From the IMG/VR virus record IMGVR_UViG_3300045988_080466: a stretch of 64,000 bases of DNA; one strand, given 5' to 3'. Source of the stretch: a virus. The notes under the pieces are model-generated. The model did not search any database, had not been told where the DNA came from, and saw only the letters and a list, made by a program, of their open reading frames with translations. A program made the position numbers and the translations under genes. Shown in pieces: positions 10,337 to 17,184 of this stretch (position 1 is the first letter of the stretch; the number at the start of each line of letters is the position of its first letter).

Positions 10337-12364
10337 ATGGCAAATTGGAGTAATTTAAAAACAGCAATATCAAATGTTGTTAAAAGTAACGGAATCCAAG
10401 GGATTACCGGAGATTCACTACAATCTGTAATGTTAAATATGGTTACAAAACTAGGAGAGAATTATATGTTTGCAGGGGTAGCTACCCCTGCTACAACTCC
10501 TGGGACTCCAGATGGTAATGTATTCTATATTACTACACAAGCTGGAACTTATGCCAACTTTAATAATACAGTAGTGGCAGATGGAGAACTAGCAATTCTT
10601 ATGTGGAATGGTGCTTGGACAAAACAGAGTATGGCAATAGCCACTCAAGCAAAGATGGAAGAAATTGACCAACATGTAACGGAAGTTGATGCTAAACTTA
10701 ATGAAATGCAAAAAGGTATGGAAGATGTATATGCCTATGGAGTCGAATGGGATTCTACTGTGGCAGACCCTACTCTCACAAGAATTGGGAATCTTACTCT
10801 TCATAAATCGTTACCTATTCAGTCTCAATTAAAAGGCTGCGTAGCTAACGGAGGAGTAATCAATTATTATCTTCATCCAGATGATTGGTCAAAGAAAGAA
10901 GATGGCACACCATCAGTATTAGATGGAACTGACGGAACTGTCAGAGTTAAAGTACCTCGATTCTGGGGAAAATCTGGAGTTGTAGGAACAAAAAGATGGG
11001 TTAAGATTTCTACTGTATGTATTGATGATACTTGGACAGAGATTCCAGCAATGTTAATAGATGCATATAGGTCTACAACAGATAACACTGTAACAGCAAC
11101 ACCTAAGTTGGTATCAGTTGTGAATACTACTGCTGCATTTAGAGGTGGAGGAAATAGAACAGCTTATGATACTTATTTAGAAACAGACCCAGTAAGAACA
11201 GATTTAGGAAAACCAAGAACAGCAATGACTAGAGCAGTTGCACGTACTTGGGCAACAAACGCGGGTTCAGAACTACTGAACTACGAATACTACAAATGGA
11301 TAATGTTTTGGTTACCTGTGATTGAGTACGCTACATTTAATATGCAAGCTAACTTCAATTCAGATTTAACTTCCGAAGGATTTCATCAAGGAGGATTAAG
11401 CGCAGGTGTAACAAACATGTCAAATTGGGAGTTTTACAATGGAAATTATTCAGTATGTCCTTGCGGATATGCCAATGAATTAGGAAATTTTACAGGAGCT
11501 AAGGTTATTCCTCAAGCTGATTGGGTTTATGAATCCACAGGTTTAACTAATATGGCTTCTTATTCAAGAGATACTGCTCAAGCAGATATGACAGCAGAAA
11601 CAAATAAAGTCACAATTACAAACGTTAAAGGTACTAATAGATATATGTATAGAACTTGGGGTTACCAAAATGGAGAAACCGTTTATACTATATCAGGATT
11701 AGCAGAGGGACAAGATGTAATATTCTATGTAGGAGGTACAACAGTAGCAACAGCTACAGCCGATGGAGATATTACAGTAAATTGGCCTACAAACAATCTG
11801 GGAGATAGATGCATTAAATCATCTTTTACTGGAAGTTGTAATATTGTGATTTCTATTAAGAGTGCATCTAACGTAAATGTAACAGTTAGCCGTCCAGCTA
11901 TGAGTATTGCAAGATATAGAGGATTTGAAAATATCTTTGGAGACCTGTGGACAAATATGGAAGGCATAATTATACAAGGTTATACAGACGAAGGAACAAG
12001 CACTTATAACTGGAAAAATGTATATACAACTACTAATCCAGAAAATTATGGAGAAACAGAAACTCAAAAAGCTAAAATGAAATTAATCTCTAGTAGAGAA
12101 ATTCATGCAGATGGATATACTAAGGATTTTGACCTCCAAACAACAGGAGAAATAGTACCATGTGCTGTTGGTGGTGGAAGTACTACCTATATGTGCGACT
12201 ATCATTACACTGGTAATAAAGACGCAAGTCTAAGGACACTCTTGCTTGGCGGCCGCGCTGATTCTGGCGGTGCTTCCGGCCCTGGTTGCTTCTATTCTGG
12301 TGTTGGGGTCGGCCTTTCCAGCGCCGCTGTGGGTTTCCGTACTCTAAATAAAATTGAAAAATAA
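10337..12364 (+). CDS. DGR target protein: tail fibre / receptor-binding protein with a C-terminal C-type-lectin-like variable region
   Basis: 675-aa ORF starting 3 nt after the preceding fibre gene. Its last ~40 codons (LLLGGRADSGGASGPGCFYSGVGVGLSSAAVGFRTLNKIEK) contain the VR and end with the GFR motif common at the end of CLec-fold DGR variable regions. The VR is a conspicuous GC-rich island in an AT-rich gene. Confidence 0.85.
   Translation: MANWSNLKTAISNVVKSNGIQGITGDSLQSVMLNMVTKLGENYMFAGVATPATTPGTPDGNVFYITTQAGTYANFNNTVVADGELAILMWNGAWTKQSMAIATQAKMEEIDQHVTEVDAKLNEMQKGMEDVYAYGVEWDSTVADPTLTRIGNLTLHKSLPIQSQLKGCVANGGVINYYLHPDDWSKKEDGTPSVLDGTDGTVRVKVPRFWGKSGVVGTKRWVKISTVCIDDTWTEIPAMLIDAYRSTTDNTVTATPKLVSVVNTTAAFRGGGNRTAYDTYLETDPVRTDLGKPRTAMTRAVARTWATNAGSELLNYEYYKWIMFWLPVIEYATFNMQANFNSDLTSEGFHQGGLSAGVTNMSNWEFYNGNYSVCPCGYANELGNFTGAKVIPQADWVYESTGLTNMASYSRDTAQADMTAETNKVTITNVKGTNRYMYRTWGYQNGETVYTISGLAEGQDVIFYVGGTTVATATADGDITVNWPTNNLGDRCIKSSFTGSCNIVISIKSASNVNVTVSRPAMSIARYRGFENIFGDLWTNMEGIIIQGYTDEGTSTYNWKNVYTTTNPENYGETETQKAKMKLISSREIHADGYTKDFDLQTTGEIVPCAVGGGSTTYMCDYHYTGNKDASLRTLLLGGRADSGGASGPGCFYSGVGVGLSSAAVGFRTLNKIEK
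12239..12337 (+). repeat. DGR variable repeat (VR), 99 nt, 33 in-frame codons at the 3' end of the target gene
   Basis: Gapless alignment to 12451-12549 at a constant offset of 212 nt, checked base by base. There are 28 mismatches and all lie where the TR has A. No mismatch lies where the TR has C, G or T. Position 12239 is codon position 1 of ORF 10337..12364. Confidence 0.92.
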
Positions 12365-12450
12365 TTTCTCATAACATATAACAGATAGGGCACTATTTAC
12401 CTTTTTTACCGGGTTGCAAGGGCAGCGAAAGTTTACTGTGAAAAACAAAA

Positions 12451-12549
12451 CTCTTACTTAGCAGCAACGCTAATAATGGCAGTAATTCCAGCCCTAGTTA
12501 CTTCAATTCTAATAATGGAGTCAGCAATTCCAGCACCAATGTAGGTTTA
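12451..12549 (+). repeat. DGR template repeat (TR), non-coding, adenine-rich
   Basis: In the VR frame the sequence reads ctc tta ctt agc agc aac gct aat aat ggc agt aat tcc agc cct agt tac ttc aat tct aat aat gga gtc agc aat tcc agc acc aat gta ggt tta. It has 31 adenines, nine AAY codons and seven AGY codons. It sits in the 330-nt non-coding gap between the target stop and the RT start. Confidence 0.92.
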
Positions 12550-12694
12550 TTATATATTTTGATTTTGATAATTTTGTTTTTATTATTTTGTCTAAATAGT
12601 GTCCTTGCCTCTTGGCAAAAAATAACGTAGTATTTAATATAACTGGTGTTAGTAGGTTAATTCTCGAACACTCCTTGCATAAATATATAAGACT

Positions 12695-13939
12695 TTGAAA
12701 AGAATAGGATATTTGCATGAGCAGGTATGTAGCCTGTCTAATATAGAACTTGCTGATAGAAAAGCAAGAAGACACAAATCAGTCAGATGGGGAATCCTGA
12801 AACACGATAAGCATCATGAGAGGGAAAATGAAAAGTTGGCAACCGTTTTGAAGAACTTGACATATCACACTTCAAAATATAGCACGTTTAAAATCTATGA
12901 GCCTAAGGAGAGATTAATCTTTAGGCTTCCATATTATCCTGATAGAATTACGCATCATGCGATAATGAATATAACAGAACCGATATGGGTAAATATATTT
13001 ATCAAACATACATATTCTTGTATAAAAGACAGAGGAATACATGATGTTGCAAAAGACTTAAAGTACGTTTTGCAAAAATATCCAGAAGAAACTAAGTATT
13101 GTTTGAAAATTGATGTGAAGAAATTTTATCCGTCTATTAACCATGACATACTGTACGAAATACTCCAAAAGAAAATAAAAGACCCTAAATTGTTGAGTCT
13201 ACTAAAGGAGATAATATATTCGGCAGACGGAGTACCCATTGGAAACTATTTGTCTCAATTCTTTGCAAATTTATATCTTGCTTATTTTGACCATTGGGTC
13301 AAAGAAGAGCTTAAATGTAAATTCTATTTCAGATATGCAGATGATATAGTAGTATTAAGTGACAATAAAGAATTTTTGAGAACAGTTCTATTGTCAATGA
13401 AATTATATCTGCGAAATGTCTTAAAATTAGAACTTAAACAAAATTATCAAATTTTTCCCGTAAACAGTAGAGGAATAGACTTTGTAGGTTACAAGTTTTT
13501 CCATACTCATGTACTGCTCAGAAAATCTATCAAAGTTAGATTATTCAAGTTAATTAAAGGGTACAAGGATAAGAAAATTGATAGAAACGAGCTAAGAAGG
13601 AGAATGCAATCGTATTTTGGATGGTTAAAGTTCTGTAATTCTAAAAATCTACTCCATAAAATTCAGTTAGAGACTGGATTGAGATTTTCTAACTGGAATG
13701 GGAAGAAGGTAAATATTTCAAGATTCTATGGTAAGTATATTCATATAGTTGACATCATATTGTATAGTAATAGATCCAGAGTCAACTTTGTATATAATTA
13801 TAAGTCATATTATTTTGAGAGTAAGAATAAACGATTGCTTTATTCTATACGTAGATATTCATTACCTGTAAATTTTAAAATAACACCATATGTTAGACCC
13901 AAGAAGAATAGAAGCAAACCTGCAACCCGAACCGATTGA
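12695..13939 (+). CDS. DGR-type reverse transcriptase (414 aa) with a ~90-aa basic C-terminal extension
   Basis: Motifs seen: YEPKERLIFRLPYYPDRITHHAIMN (RT motifs 1-2), CLKIDVKKFYPSINH (motif 3), PIGNYLSQFFANLYL (the [ILV]GxxxSQ motif that distinguishes DGR RTs from group II intron RTs) and YFRYADDIVVL (YxDD catalytic box). The thumb region ends near GWLKFCNSKNLLHKIQ. There is no in-frame ATG near the 5' end; an in-frame stop at 12653-12655 leaves TTG at 12695 as the best start. Stop is TGA. Confidence 0.9.
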   Translation: MKRIGYLHEQVCSLSNIELADRKARRHKSVRWGILKHDKHHERENEKLATVLKNLTYHTSKYSTFKIYEPKERLIFRLPYYPDRITHHAIMNITEPIWVNIFIKHTYSCIKDRGIHDVAKDLKYVLQKYPEETKYCLKIDVKKFYPSINHDILYEILQKKIKDPKLLSLLKEIIYSADGVPIGNYLSQFFANLYLAYFDHWVKEELKCKFYFRYADDIVVLSDNKEFLRTVLLSMKLYLRNVLKLELKQNYQIFPVNSRGIDFVGYKFFHTHVLLRKSIKVRLFKLIKGYKDKKIDRNELRRRMQSYFGWLKFCNSKNLLHKIQLETGLRFSNWNGKKVNISRFYGKYIHIVDIILYSNRSRVNFVYNYKSYYFESKNKRLLYSIRRYSLPVNFKITPYVRPKKNRSKPATRTD

Positions 13940-14264
13940 ATTGCTTGGAAATGGTACATATTACTATAACTATGATATTAAATCAGAAATAGTATACGTT
14001 CCTCACATGGACGGAAGTACAACGGAAGAAATTAGATGGAATTACATTCAGATACATTTAAGTGGAACACCAGAATATAAGGCATGTGCTAGAGCTATTA
14101 TTAGACAATATATTGATGAAGAATCAGAGTTCTCCATAATTAATGACTTTAATGCACACCAATTAGGAATTAGAAAAGATGAAAAAGCATACTCTGAATA
14201 CATAGAGTATATTAATTTAGTTTCAGAAATCAAATCAAAAATTAAGTCGGACTTTAATAAATAA
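13890..14264 (+). CDS. hypothetical protein (124 aa), overlaps the RT 3' end by 50 nt
   Basis: ATG start on the coding strand. The protein is acidic, with a Tyr-rich beta-looking N-terminal half and a helical C-terminal half. No recognisable motif and not Avd-like by composition. Confidence 0.5.
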   Translation: MLDPRRIEANLQPEPIELLGNGTYYYNYDIKSEIVYVPHMDGSTTEEIRWNYIQIHLSGTPEYKACARAIIRQYIDEESEFSIINDFNAHQLGIRKDEKAYSEYIEYINLVSEIKSKIKSDFNK

Positions 14265-14268
14265 AATT

Positions 14269-14673
14269 ATGGATTACGCAATTGTAACAAAAGAATGGAT
14301 GACACAACGTGGTTTAATCATAGAACCACACATGAGAACAAGTGTAGATAACAACAAAGTAGTATTACACAAATCGTGGCTAAGACCTTTCTTAGAAGAT
14401 GAAGGTATTGAGCTTTACTATCATGACGACCCTGCTTTTATAGCACTATTAGCATCTGCAGAATGGACATCTCCTGAGGGAGAAATCGAACCTGTGTCTA
14501 TGGGAGAAGGAACAAAAGAAAGTCCTTACACATATGATGGAGTAATGTCTTTAGTAAAGGGTAACTATTACTCACAAGATGGAGTTACATATCTATGTAC
14601 AAGAAGTCTTTATGAAGAAAACAGCACTGCTCTTAAAGATTTAATAGGAATGTATGTAAAGGAAGCTGCCTAA
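14269..14673 (+). CDS. hypothetical protein (134 aa)
   Basis: ATG start 4 nt after the previous stop, on the coding strand. It is followed by a long hairpin and T-tract. No recognisable motif. Confidence 0.55.
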   Translation: MDYAIVTKEWMTQRGLIIEPHMRTSVDNNKVVLHKSWLRPFLEDEGIELYYHDDPAFIALLASAEWTSPEGEIEPVSMGEGTKESPYTYDGVMSLVKGNYYSQDGVTYLCTRSLYEENSTALKDLIGMYVKEAA

Positions 14674-14703
14674 ATGGCATCTTTCTCATTTGAAAAATAA
14701 TTT

Positions 14704-14778
14704 TTAACACTCGTAGCTAAATTACAAGAATTTTTAAAGAAATTTAATAATTTAGTTGCGAGTGTTAATTTTTATTTA
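14704..14778 (+). terminator. long imperfect-palindrome hairpin plus T-tract; candidate intrinsic terminator closing the fibre/DGR operon
   Basis: 14704-14724 (ttaacactcgtagctaaatta) pairs with 14748-14768 (taatttagttgcgagtgttaa). That gives 21 bp: 19 Watson-Crick pairs plus 2 G-U pairs, including a perfect 10-bp outer stem. The loop is 23 nt and tttttatttata follows. It starts 31 nt after the stop at 14673. Confidence 0.5.
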
Positions 14779-14786
14779 TATCTTTG
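14755..14786 (+). promoter_or_regulatory. candidate Bacteroidota-type promoter (-33 GTTG, 20-nt spacer, -7 TAtcTTTG)
   Basis: TATCTTTG at 14779-14786 matches the Bacteroides -7 consensus TAnnTTTG. The -33 element is imperfect (GTTG 14755-14758 versus TTTG). It lies in a 240-nt intergenic gap upstream of ATG 14914. Confidence 0.35.
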
Positions 14787-14913
14787 TGCTGTTACAAATG
14801 GAGAAAGACCGAGACGTCTAAAATTATAATTAGGTCGATTGAAAGGAGTAATAAGTAACTGATAATAAAAAAAGTTACTTTAGTTCATTTATTAATTTAA
14901 AAAATTTTTAAAC

Positions 14914-15798
14914 ATGGCAGAGTTTTTAACAATGGAAGATGCCGAAAACAAATTCGGTACGAAAGGGAGAACAAATGCGGGCCTAACCCTAGGTATTATT
15001 GGTACAGCACTAGCTGCACTTGGTAATAACGGAGGAGGCTGTGGAAACAACGGTGGTATTTTAGGTGGACTCTTCGGAGGAAACAATGGCTCTTGTTGCG
15101 CTATGCAACAAGCAGAACAGGCTAAAACGTTAGCAATGGTTCAAGGACAACAGGCAGATAATTTATCTTGGGCAAATAGAGTACAATCTATGCAAGACGA
15201 CATCAACCTATATACTTACATCAATGCGGCTGATACAGGACTTCGTAATCAAAACTACGAAGGAAGAATCACCGACCAGGGAGAAAAATGTAATATGTAT
15301 ATAGACCTTATAACAAGAGACAACGCACAGAATCTGAGATTGTGTGATGAACTCTATAAGAGAAGAGAACAAGATGTCCAAGAAAAGTCTGATTTGTTCG
15401 CAAGATTAAGTACTAGAATCAGTGATTTAGAGAAGAAAGAAGCTGCTACATCAGCTGCATTACCTCTAATGTTCGAACTTGCAAAAGAAAAGTCAGAAAG
15501 ATATTCTGATGCTTGCTGCTGCAAGAGCGAAAAAGATTTACTTAAAACTGCTAGTGCTCTTCAAACTGAAGGTATGGCTGTAGCTAACAACTTACAAAGA
15601 CAACTTGACCATAAAATTACTGGAGAATTAAAATATTCTTATAGTAACTTATGTGCTCCTGTTCCTAGTATAGCTCCTCTTTATTGTAGTCCGTTTACGC
15701 AATATGGTACAGGCATGTACGCTGGTACAGCTGCTTCTAACTGGAACGCAGTGAATACAGCTATTAATGGAGCTTGTCCTTCTTGCCAAGCACAATAA
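14914..15798 (+). CDS. hypothetical Gly/Asn/Cys-rich coiled-coil protein (294 aa)
   Basis: ATG start and TAA stop, immediately followed by a strong terminator. It has an N-terminal hydrophobic stretch (AGLTLGIIGTALAALG), then the low-complexity run GNNGGGCGNNGGILGGLFGGNNGSCC. The centre is helical and Q/E/K-rich, and there are 12 cysteines including ACCC and a C-terminal GACPSC. Confidence 0.65.
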   Translation: MAEFLTMEDAENKFGTKGRTNAGLTLGIIGTALAALGNNGGGCGNNGGILGGLFGGNNGSCCAMQQAEQAKTLAMVQGQQADNLSWANRVQSMQDDINLYTYINAADTGLRNQNYEGRITDQGEKCNMYIDLITRDNAQNLRLCDELYKRREQDVQEKSDLFARLSTRISDLEKKEAATSAALPLMFELAKEKSERYSDACCCKSEKDLLKTASALQTEGMAVANNLQRQLDHKITGELKYSYSNLCAPVPSIAPLYCSPFTQYGTGMYAGTAASNWNAVNTAINGACPSCQAQ

Positions 15799-15804
15799 GA
15801 TATT

Positions 15805-15843
15805 GAAAGGAGATTATGTAACAGTAGTCTCCTTTCTTTTTTT
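15805..15843 (+). terminator. rho-independent terminator
   Basis: gaaaggaga (15805-15813) pairs perfectly with tctcctttc (15828-15836), followed by seven T (15837-15843). Confidence 0.8.
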
Positions 15844-15853
15844 ATAACCTAAA

Positions 15854-16339
15854 ATGCTCAAAATTATGACTACAAAAATAACTCCATTTGGAACCGAAGA
15901 TAACGGGAGTCAAATATTAGAGTTTAATGTTTCTATACCTAAGGGAGCAAATACAAGTATAGCTCCTAACTCTACACTAACAGTAACACAAAGATTCGCA
16001 GAAGTCTATAATCAAGCCACTTCTGGTGCTGCTTCTTATAGACAAGTCACTAAACTAGATGTGGTTCATAACCTACAATATGTTGATTGTAAGGGTGCAC
16101 CAAAAGTTATCACAAACGTCACTTCAACTATTATCGATACTCCGGCAACTTCCGCTACTCCAGAAACTCTGACACCAGAGATTTTCAAAGTAGTTGATGT
16201 TTTAATTCCAAGAGGAAAGACAATAGTAACACAAGATTTAATTAACGATTTACCTACAACTACGCCACAGTTGGCTCATTGTGCTTATTCTGTATTCGTT
16301 ATACAGATGGCAGCATCTGCTCCAGCACCAGCGCAGTAA
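15854..16339 (+). CDS. hypothetical protein (161 aa)
   Basis: ATG at 15854, with an alternative in-frame ATG at 15866. On the coding strand and T/S/P-rich. No recognisable motif. Confidence 0.55.
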   Translation: MLKIMTTKITPFGTEDNGSQILEFNVSIPKGANTSIAPNSTLTVTQRFAEVYNQATSGAASYRQVTKLDVVHNLQYVDCKGAPKVITNVTSTIIDTPATSATPETLTPEIFKVVDVLIPRGKTIVTQDLINDLPTTTPQLAHCAYSVFVIQMAASAPAPAQ

Positions 16340-16355
16340 CTAATTAATTTATGAC

Positions 16356-16799
16356 ATGTTTGGCGATACTTTTAGTAACAATAGCTTGGGTGATTTACAG
16401 AAGACTTACTACCAACAACTGGAAACGTTGAACAGGATGCAACAGCAGCAACAAGCGACTAACACTTCTATATTAGAAGAGATTAATAAATCAGTCGGGA
16501 TGCTTAGTTCTGAGGAACAATCAGTATTGGCTAATTCACATGATTATCAATTAGCAAAACAAACCTATGAAGCCGGTTTTATGGCTTACTTAGGAAATAA
16601 ATTCGCTGGAGAATACGTAAGTAGTCCGGATGGAAAAATTGCTGCTGAAAATCTATTGAGTGCAATTAATAAGTCCAAGGAAAAAATTGCAATAGAATTA
16701 AAGAAAAAACAAGAAAAACTTGATACAATGCTTAATCTATTGGAAAATGACCCAGAAATAAAGAAGAGATATGATGAACTTATGATGAATAAACAATAA
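16356..16799 (+). CDS. hypothetical coiled-coil protein (147 aa)
   Basis: ATG start, Q-rich helical sequence (LETLNRMQQQQQATN) and a K/E-rich C-terminus. On the coding strand. Confidence 0.55.
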   Translation: MFGDTFSNNSLGDLQKTYYQQLETLNRMQQQQQATNTSILEEINKSVGMLSSEEQSVLANSHDYQLAKQTYEAGFMAYLGNKFAGEYVSSPDGKIAAENLLSAINKSKEKIAIELKKKQEKLDTMLNLLENDPEIKKRYDELMMNKQ

Positions 16800-16803
16800 T
16801 ACT

Positions 16804-17124
16804 ATGGTTAGTGACAAAGAAATATTAATGCAAGCTGCTGAGAAATATGCAAAGGATATCGCGAGTAATTTCTTCGGATTATCCACTATTCCAGTACAAA
16901 CTGCTATCACCTATGTTGTAAGAAATTGGGTTGATAAACACAACGCTCTAATTGACTTATTTGTTGATATTGACGGAAATATAAATACGAAGATTCTAGG
17001 AGATGCTGCAAAATCAGTATTGAAAGAGAACGACGGTTTCAAAATTGGAAAAGTAAAATTCACTGAAGCCGATGTAGATGATTTATTTAGTACTTTCAAT
17101 GACATCAAGTCTAGAAATATATAA
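16804..17124 (+). CDS. hypothetical protein (106 aa)
   Basis: ATG start 4 nt after the previous stop. A terminator follows. Confidence 0.55.
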   Translation: MVSDKEILMQAAEKYAKDIASNFFGLSTIPVQTAITYVVRNWVDKHNALIDLFVDIDGNINTKILGDAAKSVLKENDGFKIGKVKFTEADVDDLFSTFNDIKSRNI

Positions 17125-17128
17125 TAAG

Positions 17129-17167
17129 ATACCATCGGCATTAATTTGTCGGTGGTATTTTCGTTTT
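17129..17167 (+). terminator. rho-independent terminator
   Basis: ataccatcgg (17129-17138) pairs with tcggtggtat (17149-17158) in a 10-bp stem with two G-U pairs, followed by tttcgtttt. Confidence 0.65.
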
Positions 17168-17184
17168 AATATACTTAATAAATC

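Larger units (their letters stand above)
10337..13939 (+). other. diversity-generating retroelement (DGR) cassette: target gene with C-terminal VR, then TR, then RT
   Basis: See the individual VR, TR and RT features. The order target-VR / 113-nt gap / TR / 145-nt spacer / RT all lies on one strand. Confidence 0.9.

Noticed and set aside
12569-12576. TAATTTTG box between the TR and the RT, as an RT-specific promoter.
   Set aside because: There is no proper -33 TTTG at the right spacing (only TTTA). The 8-mer is expected dozens of times by chance in AT-rich DNA. A promoter here would exclude the TR from the RT transcript. It is mentioned only inside the spacer finding.
12521-12775. Minus-strand 84-aa ORF spanning the TR end, the spacer and the RT start.
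   Set aside because: It overlaps the TR and the well-supported RT N-terminus on the opposite strand. The AT-rich non-coding spacer easily yields spurious ORFs.
12695-13939. The RT as a group II intron, retron or Abi-type RT rather than a DGR RT.
   Set aside because: It has the [ILV]GxxxSQ motif (PIGNYLSQ) instead of the group II pattern. No intron RNA domains or maturase/endonuclease region are apparent. A TR/VR pair with purely adenine-specific differences lies immediately upstream.
13890-14264. The 124-aa ORF downstream of the RT as the DGR accessory protein Avd.
   Set aside because: The size is right, but the sequence is acidic, with a Tyr-rich beta-like N-terminal half rather than a basic four-helix bundle. 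It also lies downstream of the RT instead of upstream of the TR. It is kept only as a candidate non-canonical accessory factor.
15001-15090. The Gly-codon-rich, locally GC-rich stretch in gene 14914, as a second DGR variable region.
   Set aside because: It has no similarity to the TR and retains many adenines (aataac, aaacaa). It simply encodes a Gly/Asn low-complexity run.
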